From Raillietiella orientalis (lineage: Eukaryota), in NCBI GenBank assembly GCA_036172245.1, contig JAYWIR010000055.1:310001-374000 (forward strand): a stretch of DNA of 64,000 bases. The letters run 5' to 3'. Every line of letters starts with the position of its first letter. The stretch's first letter is position 1. The notes under the pieces were generated by a model. The model saw only the letters and a list, made by a program, of their open reading frames with translations. It was not told where the DNA came from and made no database searches. Positions 1 to 9,097 of the stretch are shown here, one piece after another. The translations under genes and the position numbers were made by a program.

Positions 1-700
1 AAACGAACTTTAGGATGCATTGCACAGTTTTTTTGAGTGATCAAAAAGTTGAATAATTAAATTTTTAAGCTCATATGGATCAAGCTTCATACAAAATATT
101 GATAAAGGATTTTGGAGCATTTCAGGATTAGACAGTTCGGGCTTCAAGAGTTCATGGCACTAAAGAAAATCTAGAAGAACGTATGGTCCGTAGAACTAGT
201 ATGTGCACTTTCAATAAGACATTAAGAGGAATAATTATTTGGAAATTATTAATAGGAAACTAACCAGGCTGTATTACAAATCATCCAGTTGGTTATTGCT
301 TGCAACATACGTAGTCAATCCGCTACGTATTTTGGCTATGTATCAGCTAGATGTCCGAAAGCAGAGAATCAAAAACATGTTGATCATTCAGTGTTGCTAA
401 GTAGACATTCAGCATAATTTAGAGGATGCAGTCATTATTTGGGTTCTTCATATAATGCTTCAAAGTGTCTTAATCTTTGTTATGAGGACTTGAACTAATT
501 TAACTAAAGTTTTTACGAGCTCCATAAAGATACTTCATAAATTCGTGGAGATTGTGTCTTAAGAACGGATTTTCATTGCCTTTGTCATTTCAAGGAGATA
601 AGTAACAAAATGGATGGAAATAATTCGTATGGTTCCAAAAGAATAAAGGAATGCAAATGCAGAATCAGAGTTCCATCGTTGAAGCAAAGACAAAGTGATC
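1..700 (+). mobile_element. Possible highly decayed piggyBac-family transposase 3' remnant
   Basis: Fragmented translations KRT..RMHCTVF, MDQAS, EERMVRRTSMCTFNKTLRGII loosely resemble the piggyBac C-terminal R-x-T-x-RWP / DQA / MRRR..LR..I segments; many stops and frameshifts; adjacent to clearer piggyBac remnants. Confidence 0.3.
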
Positions 701-737
701 CAGAGCATCTGCTATTTGTACGAGACGATTCTGTTAA

Positions 738-1134
738 CCTTCTATAAGCTGCTGTGACTTTGAAGTCACATACTAATATAGCGACATCTTATTGATTTAT
801 TTAATTTTTTACCGCAAGGTGGCATATGCATCTTGCTGTATAACGTCTCCTTGATAAACAACAGCAGTCTTGGTAACAGATATCACACTCTAGCCCTAGA
901 TATCGAGGTAAATGCTCATGCGAGTTGTCTATAGATGAAAGTTGTATGAACCATCCTATGCAGTTATTATTTTTCGTTCTGTCGGCGTTTTGATAAACAA
1001 GAAAAAGTCTACTTAATAGCTCTTGGTCTGTATATCAGTAATCTCTTATTTGTTTTCATTTGTTGTTAATCACTTTGTTGTTATTTTCACATAATACAGC
1101 TTTATGACTTTCAAGTCACAATGAGCTATAATGG
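738..1134. mobile_element. Putative non-autonomous piggyBac-type MITE (~400 bp)
   Basis: TTAA at 734-737 followed by CCTTCTATAAGCTGCTGTGACTTTGAAGTCACA; imperfect inverted copy at ~1105-1134 (TGACTTTCAAGTCACAATGAGCTATAATGG); right-hand TTAA is degenerate (TAG); no ORF inside. Confidence 0.45.
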
Positions 1135-1249
1135 TAGGATTCGGTGTATTTTGCGATAACTCTTGTGTTTTCTTTTTTCTTTTTAGTTTTATATACTAGA
1201 GGCCTAAAATATGAATACCAAAGCATACAAAAATAAAAGAGTAGTAAGA

Positions 1250-2010
1250 ATGAGCATTAGCGGTAACATATCCGTGGATTCTTTATTAGAATCTGACTCG
1301 GACGAAATCAGCCAATAGTATTTACCCGACAACGTATAAATATTATTGAAAGCGACGATGAATGTAGTGGTGAATCATCATCAGATGAAAATTTAGAATC
1401 ACACAAATTTCTTATTTCAAATTGGCAATCAGCATCCCATCCAAAAAATAGCCTTCCTCTTCCTTGGAAAGGAAATCGTCCTGAAGATCCTGAAGCACCC
1501 TACTCCTAAAATTATTTAGTGACGACATTATAAGTACTATAAGTTGACTATACCAATGCATATGCGCTGCAACATGATCCAGCAAAACCCGTAGGTGTTT
1601 CATCTAATGAAATGGAACAATTCATTGCATCCTGTTTATGGTAAGGACTAAAAGGGATTAGTAGGAAAAGAGGACATCCTATTTCAGCAACCCGTAGATA
1701 AACAACTAGAAAAGAAGGGGAGCAAGTGTAACACTCCCATTCAAAACCGTGCGAAAAGAAATAGCACATAGGTCAATCTTTTCGGATAAGAGGGAACGCT
1801 GCAAAAAGTCGGGATGCAAAAAGTTCCAAAAATAAAATGTTCGAAATGCAACGTCCATCTATGTTGAACACCAGGCACAAACCGTTTTGTGGAATTCCGT
1901 GCTTGAGCTTTTTCTTTCATTGTTAATATGTAATTAAAGGTTGATATTTGTTAATTTCACGTTACATAAATTGTTTTTATAGCCGTAAAAAAAATTCGGA
2001 CTAAAGAGGG
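1250..2010 (+). mobile_element. Internally deleted piggyBac (PGBD3-like) transposase pseudogene
   Basis: Acidic N-terminal segment (DDECSGESSSDE); FSDDII..TNAYALQHDPAKPVGVSSNEMEQFIASCLW at ~1516-1641 matches the piggyBac N-terminal helix motif; Cys-rich tail RCKKSGCK / KIKCSKCNVHLC*TPGTNRFVEFRA* at ~1797-1906; catalytic DDD core missing; GGACTAAAGAGGG TIR-like end near 1998-2010. Confidence 0.7.
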
Positions 2011-3048
2011 TCGATTTTTATTTTTCATTTTCTTGGCACTAGGAAACAAGTCATTAAGACTCCGCCGATAAACTTGAATGGAAAGAAACTCACAATGCAG
2101 CTGAACTGGTCGACATTCCATTAGTTCAGAGTATGATTCGGCAGGATGTAGAGCAACTGAAAAAACGAAAACAGATCGTTCTTGCTCGCCGCTGGTAACA
2201 CTGTTACGGAGGATGCGTTTGCTTAAGGTAGAAACTAGAGGGGAACGTACGAATGGGCTGCGATTGAATGGGTCCGTACGCTCAACCTACGCCCCGTTCG
2301 TGTGTTTGTAAATCATGTTTGGGACCCATTAATCACGAGGATCCAAAGGAACCCCCGGCCTGCATATGCATTCCAAGAAATATGTGCCAAGTTCAAAGTA
2401 GTTGTAAAAGTTCCGATACGGAAGTTCCAGTTTAAACTGTGGAGTGGATACAGTATAAGAATCGTTGCAACTGTAAAGGGTTTTAGAGCATCGGATTTGG
2501 GATTTACTAATTCGAGTTCTCAAATTGAACATTTACAAGAGTGTTCTTCCTCCAACCTTCCCAGGCATCTGGCCAAATTTCCCAAGTTGCCACTTAAATG
2601 TACGGAAATTTTCGAATTCTCGTTGAACGGTACAAGCTGTAGCTGATGAGAAAAAAAAAAAATTAATGCGTTGAAATTTCATAACAAGCATCTCAGTTCA
2701 CAGTCAAAGCGTGTATGGCCTTTTTTCTTTTCTTTTTTTCGTTTAATGAACCATACTTTGTCACTGAATTCCATGCTTGTTAATTTGTTGTACTGTTGCA
2801 TGAAAGTGCATTGTAAATTTGTGTCCAAATGGCAGGGCTCATTTTTCACATTAGGTACAAGAGATTCAAAGCATTCATTTTGTGTACTCAATATACGATT
2901 CAAAGTGTATAAGAATCATGTGCAGATAACTGCCTCTATAATCAAAAGTGCGAAGTTTTCCAGTGCACCATTTTTGTATGCACCCCCCATTCCCCACAAA
3001 TTGACGCACGTGCTTCGTATAATTCCATAGTTCACATGCATAGGTGGG

Positions 3049-5381
3049 ATGGTTTTTGAAATGGACAGTGACAAGCTGAGAAAGAAATGCATGCTTTGGG
3101 AATTGGATGTAAATTCCTTTGACACTGAAGAAATTTCGTATGAAGAAGTTTACACTGCGGAAAAAAAGGGTAAAACCCAATGAATTACAGATGAATTTCA
3201 GGAACATTAATTTTTTATAGAGGAACCACTTCATGATTCTGAACAGTACTCTAAAGTTTGTGTATGTTGTGGAACAAATTTCAGTACTTTGGATGAGTGC
3301 CGAGAGCACTTCAAGTTAGACTGGCATAAGTATAATTTGAAACAATACTTGGCGGGGAAAAGTGAAATGACTGTAGAGGATTTTGCATGCATCAGCCCAG
3401 GTTCATTGGATTTATTTTCCTTGAAAGCAGTTTTCATGGTGAAACTTTTTTTGATGAGAAACTTCCCATTTCAGAAGCATTGTCTAGCATATCAGGATCA
3501 GGAGAATCTGAACCAGAAGTTGAAGTTTTAAAAACTGAAGTGCCTTCTTATCACAAATTAGGGAAAGTACACATAAACACAAAAGATGATGGTACGCTGG
3601 TGTTGCATAAGTGTTTGTTTAAAGTAAGAATTTTTGAGGATATTGATACATTATATGTACTTAGGGTGATTTAGATCTGCAACAGCTGGTGTCAAAAGTA
3701 CAGTGGGCTATACTTATGGCATCTGGAGGTCACTTTGCAGCTGCTGTCTTTCAAAGTAATTTTAACTTAATCTCACTATAAATCAAGTGTCTACTCAAGG
3801 ATGTGACATTTTATGCCATAAAACTTTTCACAGTTATACTGTGAGAGCTCGCCAAGGTGGCAGTCAGAGTCATCATGACAAAAAGAGTAGCATCAATCAG
3901 CCAAAATCTGCTGGAGCTAGTCTTAGACGATACAATGAGCAATCCTTTGTGCAGGTAAATTTTCGATTCATTGAAGATTATTAACCAAATTTGTGTGAAG
4001 CATGTACAAGAATTATTACATTCTTGGGAAGAGAAATTGAGCACTAGTGATTTCATATTTTATCGTGTTCCTGCTTCTCACAGAATGGTTTTCTTTGGTG
4101 GAAAAAAAGCCATCATTTCCATGAGGGATGACAGAGTCATTCAAATTCCCATTACAACACGGCGCCCAACCTTAAAGGAAGTAATAAGAGTTCACAATGA
4201 ATTAGCCACTGTAAAAGTCGCTACACATCCTAACACATTAGTTGATTGTGCATCCAACAGCCAGGTAAGGAGATGAATGCAATTGTTGTATGGATATCTT
4301 CAGTGTTAGACAGACTGTGGAAATGACTGCAAAGCATCATGAGATATGCCCATCCCCTAAAAAGCAAGTGCATAAATTTCGAAATCAACCAGACAAATGT
4401 AATACAGTGCCTTTGGTGCAAGTAGATGAAGTGGTAACTTCAGATAATTCAGGGAAAGCAGTGTTGAAAAAAACAAAAGCAAACAAAACTAGAGACATAT
4501 GTGCAGATGTGAAAGTTGGCAATGGGAATGAGAATCATCCAGATTCACTTTTTGGTCATGCTAAATCAGCAGTTGACAGTCTCACTGAAGAACAACAAAA
4601 GCATATCGACTTGTTGTATACTGCAAGTGTAGTAGCAGACCCTGTAGCTTTGAAAGCTGCAATAAAACAAATACCATGTCCAAGAGGATGTTGTAAAGAC
4701 AATCAGATTGAACAGTCATGTGCAAAGTTAGTGCTAATCAACATTCAGTTTGGTCACCTTAAAAACACTTTGTTGCATGTTGCAGCCAGACAAAGTGCAG
4801 ATGTAGTAAGGTGAGTCTGAGAGAGACACAGCCATTACTTACTTGTATTAGAGTTCTTCTGGACCATGGAGCAGATCCTTGCATTAAAAATAAAGATCAG
4901 TGCACACCTTATCAGGTGTGCACAGATCCTCACATTCGTAATGAATTTCGTCGATTCATGGCATTGCACCCACAGTTGCACAGTTACCAGCTTGCTGCAA
5001 TACCTTCTCCTCTCACTTCTGAAATGGAAGTCAGAAGGGCACAGAAAAATGCATCTCGAAAACGTATTCAAAAAAAAATGAAGAGAGAGAGAGAGAAAGA
5101 ACAGGCAATGCAGAATCATCAGCAGATGCTAGAAACTGAGAAATGTCTTCAGTTTCTGGCACTTTCACATGAAGAAAAGGTGAGTCGATTAACTGGCAAA
5201 CTGTCGAATTCTAATATTTCGATAGTGTTTGCTGGTGCAGCAGAAAAATGCTGATGCTGCGAATCGGTGTTTCCAGTGTGGAAAGCACTTTGGCCATTGT
5301 ACACCATTTAAATATGCTGACAACCAGTTGTGCAGCATTGCTTGTGTTAAGTTACATCGCCAAAAAAAGTCTAATCATTAG
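3049..5381 (+). CDS. ANKZF1: Ankyrin repeat and zinc finger peptidyl-tRNA hydrolase/tRNA endonuclease ANKZF1 (Vms1), ~646 aa; exons 3049-3169, 3221-3400, 3475-3623, 3665-3755, 3800-3954, 4001-4264, 4314-4810, 4852-5179, 5226-5381
   Basis: C2H2 zinc finger CVCC..REHFKLDWHKYNLK; LSSISGS; VLRF1 domain GGHFAAAVFQ..HKTFHSYTVRARQGGSQ..KSAGASLRRYNE; IPITTRRPTLKEV; ankyrin TLLHVAA..VLLDHGADP; C-terminal CFQCG..PFKY..CSIACV..HR. All 8 introns are GT-AG with consistent phases; spliced length 1941 nt. Start could alternatively be ATG 3061. Confidence 0.93.
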
Positions 5382-5388
5382 ACATTCT

Positions 5389-5394
5389 TTTATT
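5389..5394 (-). terminator. AATAAA poly(A) signal overlapping the PLEKHM1-like stop codon
   Basis: Minus strand reads AAA TAA AAG; the TAA stop (5392-5390) is part of AATAAA. Confidence 0.6.
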
Positions 5395-7756
5395 TTGAGG
5401 ACTTATACACATGGGAAGCCTTGCGTGCACATTTAGGGCAAGGGATCATTGAACAACTTTTGTGATATACAGACTTGCAATGGTGGCATTGTTGGGTATG
5501 CTCCAAATCAAATGGATACAAAACCTCGTCACCATGGCACGTCTCGCAAATAAATCCTTTCTGAGAACACAAAAAGCAATCGTAGACATGTGCCTGCATA
5601 CACTGGACAGCACTGTTAACTTCCCAGGCCAAAACTCCATTTGGTACCTTAAGAAGATCCTGCAATCCGATAATGAATGCCTGGGTCTATACTTTACACA
5701 TACTTACTGCAACAGAATACACATGGACATGTTCATAAAAATGCGACCCAAATGTTAGGGTTTCCTTTATGCACAAGGCACTTTTACTGTTGCACGTATG
5801 TATGTAAGCAACAAGTAGCATCAACTGAAAACGCAAGTTCTGCAGTTTGGCCAGTTCACTAACCATAAGGTACAGCACCGGATTGTCTCGATTAATATTT
5901 AACAAAGGTGCAAAGTGGATACTCTGTAAGAAAATCAAAATCTCGTGGGCAACAGGGTATTGACGGAAATCCCAATTGTGCAAAAGGCGTGATGGAATAA
6001 TGCTGTAAGCATGATTGTGACACTTTTTACAATAATAATGGCCATCATATGCACAGTAAATAGCCTGACCAAATGTTAGGCCAATTGCTTGATTACACTG
6101 CATGCACTGATACTGCTGAGAGTCAAGACCTCTATCATTCTGAATAGTAGTCAGAAATGATGAAAGTTCATCTTCCATGTTGCATACCTCAAAATCATCA
6201 TCATCCGTGGAACTTTTGCTACTGGGTTCTCTTTCATTCTGCAATGAACCAGTATGTTGTGATACAAGACTATTTTCATCCCCTAACAAACTCAGGGGCA
6301 GTATTCCAGGATCATTCCGATCCTGCAATGAACTAGACAGCAATATATCAAAACTACTTGAGTCTTGTAGTGATCTAGAAAGTGGCATGTCTAGGTTTGT
6401 ATCCTGCTCAGCAGATTCCCTTTTGCCTTTCAATGGATTAGAGAGTTGCACATCCAGATCACTACTTCCGTCTTGTAAAGAGTTAGAAAGTGACACCTGA
6501 GGATTCCTGGAATCTTGTGCATAGGATTGCCAATCACCTTTTAGCGAACTACACAGATGTATGCTAGAGGTATTCATGTTTGGAACTGAACTAGAGAACT
6601 GTATGCTGGATTCATTCCTGTCCTGTGTAATCTTGAAAAATTGCATGCTACCAATATTATATATGGAACTTGCTAGCTGTTGCATATTAACATCACTTCT
6701 GTCTTGTCCTTGTTTGTGCTTGAACAACAAAGTGCTAAAAGATTCGGTTAAAGGACATAACACGGAAGGACTATTCTTTACATCTGATGGTGTTTCTGGA
6801 AAGCACACACGTTCTGCATCATCTGCTGATTTCTCCAAAAGACCACTTTGATCTGCAAATTCCGAAGGAATCCGCAGATCCTCTGCATCTATTGATGTCC
6901 CAACATGCACTACTTTTGTAGGTTCCATTTTGCACATATGATCTTCATCAACATCCTTAACAGAGTTCTTCTGCATGCAGATTTTATCCAGTAATGATCC
7001 TGTGGGAGTCATCATAATTTTAAACGATCTTTCTGTACTGAGATTATAAATGGAGGAGCACAAACTGTGTAGATCACCATCACTTGACATGGAAGCAGAA
7101 CCAGTAACAGTATCTGGCAATGCTTCCTCTGCAATATAAACAGGTTCCAGTGTTTCAGAGGTCAGTAGGCCTGCCATTGATAGTGTAATAGAATTCCACT
7201 CATTGAGCAGAGTAACATTGCAGGCTAAATTAAATAGAACTGACTGCAGGCTTTGAACCATACCCAAGAGCACATCTTGGCATTCTGTGTCAATCAAGAA
7301 AGCACAATGCCAGTAACTATGTTGTATCAGCTTCTTATCACTCAGTAAACTATGAATACAACTGTATAGAAGACCTTGGTTGAGCGAAAGACGAAGCCAA
7401 CTTCTGCATCGCCCCACATCATTATTGATCTGAGTCATCTGATATATTTCTTCAATCATGGTACCATGCAAGCACTGCCGTAAAAGATACCAAAAATTCA
7501 AGGATGCGGATTTATTGGAAGACAAAGCCTGCAAAAGAGATGATGGTTTCAGCCCATGTAGTAAAGTAGCTTCTAAAACAGAACACAACTGAGTGCTATC
7601 TTCATTACTGATGATACATTTCATTTGCTCGTGAACATCCAGCACCATGTGCACTACATCTACTAAGCATTTTTTCAAGGCTTCCCGCTTTTGCATCAAG
7701 AAACTAAGCTGCACCTGTTTCTTACTTTGCGAGTGTTTGTACCAAGTGTTCAGCAT
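5390..7756 (-). CDS. PLEKHM1: PLEKHM1-like RUN and Rubicon-homology (RH) domain protein, ~772 aa; exons 7756-5708, 5659-5390
   Basis: N-terminal RUN domain ([34 protein letters not shown]); C-terminal RH zinc-binding domain ([77 protein letters not shown]); 48-nt GTAAGT..TGCAG intron at 5707-5660 joins the two ORFs in frame. Confidence 0.85.
5549..5554 (+). terminator. Candidate AATAAA poly(A) signal for ANKZF1, inside the antisense PLEKHM1-like CDS
   Basis: First AATAAA seen on the + strand after the ANKZF1 stop (5381). Confidence 0.45.
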
Positions 7757-7992
7757 GCCTGAACAACAGTTTCAAGAACTAATTCGATCTCTTTGGGTGC
7801 AAAATCGTTGGGATCATAAATTACACGAACTATAAGAGAACAACTAGGACAAGCTGCTATTTCTTCTCCAGCAGCCAATTCTGCACCAGTTATTTGGAAA
7901 CGATCTCCACAAGGGCATGGATAATAGTAAATGTCATCTTCCTCTTCATACTCAAAATCCTCAATTTCTACCTCATCATGAAACACAGCCAT
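7750..7992 (-). CDS. DPH3: Diphthamide biosynthesis protein 3 / Kti11 (CSL zinc finger), 80 aa, intronless
   Basis: [49 protein letters not shown]: near-identical to the metazoan DPH3 N-terminus with CPCG and CPSCSL motifs. Confidence 0.97.
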   Translation of the reverse strand: MAVFHDEVEIEDFEYEEEDDIYYYPCPCGDRFQITGAELAAGEEIAACPSCSLIVRVIYDPNDFAPKEIELVLETVVQAC

Positions 7993-8656
7993 CTTGAGTC
8001 AAATGAATCAAACCATATGAATGCAACACCTTCAATGCTTCTTTTAACGCTACACCTTCACGAATTACTTTGTAATGTCCAGGGACAGAAAGATTAAGCA
8101 CAGTAGAACCAGCACGCAATTCATCACATGTACCTAATCTTCCTTGATCAAAAACATACGCAACTTCTGCATGAAGATCAGAAAACTCTTCAACAGTTAA
8201 AGGGCTCAACCCTTCACTGAGATTAGCACTTGTGAGTGCCAAAGGATTGTCACAAATATGACACACATTAACAATAAAGTCACACTTGGGTATTCTCACT
8301 CCTACTAACTTAAAGTTAGGGTTCAACAAGGGATTAAGAATTTTTGAGCGTTCAAACACAAGTGTATATGGACCTGGAAGCAAATCTCTAAGTATTTCAT
8401 CACAAACAGTCACACAACACCACTGATGGATCTCACTTATTGAGGATACACAGATGGATATAGGCTTATTGTAGGAACGTTTTTTGATGCTATACAACTG
8501 ACTAATAGATTTAGGTAGCTGAGCTAGAGTAGCAAAACCATATATTGTATCCGTGGGAACAGCAATTACTTCACCTCTCAAAAGAGCATGAACAGCCAAA
8601 CCAACTATTTTGTTATACGTAGGGCTTGTGACTGGGGGCACAGCAACTACAGTCAT
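7976..8656 (-). CDS. YRDC: Threonylcarbamoyl-AMP synthase YRDC/Sua5 (t6A37 tRNA modification), 226 aa, intronless
   Basis: [54 protein letters not shown] motifs of the YrdC/Sua5 family. Confidence 0.95.
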   Translation of the reverse strand: MTVVAVPPVTSPTYNKIVGLAVHALLRGEVIAVPTDTIYGFATLAQLPKSISQLYSIKKRSYNKPISICVSSISEIHQWCCVTVCDEILRDLLPGPYTLVFERSKILNPLLNPNFKLVGVRIPKCDFIVNVCHICDNPLALTSANLSEGLSPLTVEEFSDLHAEVAYVFDQGRLGTCDELRAGSTVLNLSVPGHYKVIREGVALKEALKVLHSYGLIHLTQDGCVS

Positions 8657-8666
8657 TAGTCATAAT

Positions 8667-9097
8667 TTATCCACGCCATCTATAGCCACAAGTTGGACTG
8701 CAACATTTATAAAAAGTTGTCATTGGTTCATCTGCAGAACGTGTTTGTAGCTGCATAAAATATGCTCTGGGATATTCACACTTAGGACAAGGTTCCTCAG
8801 TAGCATCTACGTTTTCCCAGGCAGCAGTACCACCTAGAACATCATCCACTTCCTAAAAGAAACAATTACTTGACTTTATGGCGTACACTGACATATAATA
8901 TTTGGTTAATTCACATACTGCTGAAAGCAATGGAAACAATAGACAAATAATTAAACCTTTAAGGCAGGATACTGTTTGCTGCTTATTTTTTGACAAATAT
9001 TGAAAATGTATGGACATGTGCTACAAGTAAATCGGAAGCCCTGAGAAGCTTCCTCAATTCCCAAGATGTTGGCACAATTGGGGCAAAACAACAGCAT
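8667..9097 (-). CDS. POLR3K: RNA polymerase III subunit RPC10/C11, 108 aa; exons 9097-8957, 8852-8667
   Basis: MLLFCPNC..FTCSTCPY..YPALK|EVDDVLGG.AAWENVD..CPKC..RAYFMQLQTRSADEPMTTFYKCC..CGYRWR; TFIIS-like RSADEP acidic hairpin; 104-nt GT-AG intron at 8956-8853. Confidence 0.97.

Noticed and set aside
2058..2198. Protein-like open stretch DSADKLEWKETHNAAELVDIPLVQSMIRQDVEQLKKRKQIVLARRW*
   Set aside because: No start codon at its 5' end, no partner exon and no recognisable family; may be a TE or gene fragment but cannot be supported.
8853..8956. Internal TTTCAG-CA-GTATGT in the POLR3K intron suggesting a micro-exon
   Set aside because: A 2-nt exon would break the frame; direct splicing already gives the canonical 108-aa protein.
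5390..9097. Prokaryotic or viral origin of the operon-like cluster
   Set aside because: Spliceosomal GT-AG introns and metazoan-type sequences (DPH3, POLR3K, RUN/RH protein) show it is nuclear eukaryotic DNA. No CRISPR array, rRNA or intact tRNA gene was seen anywhere in the window.
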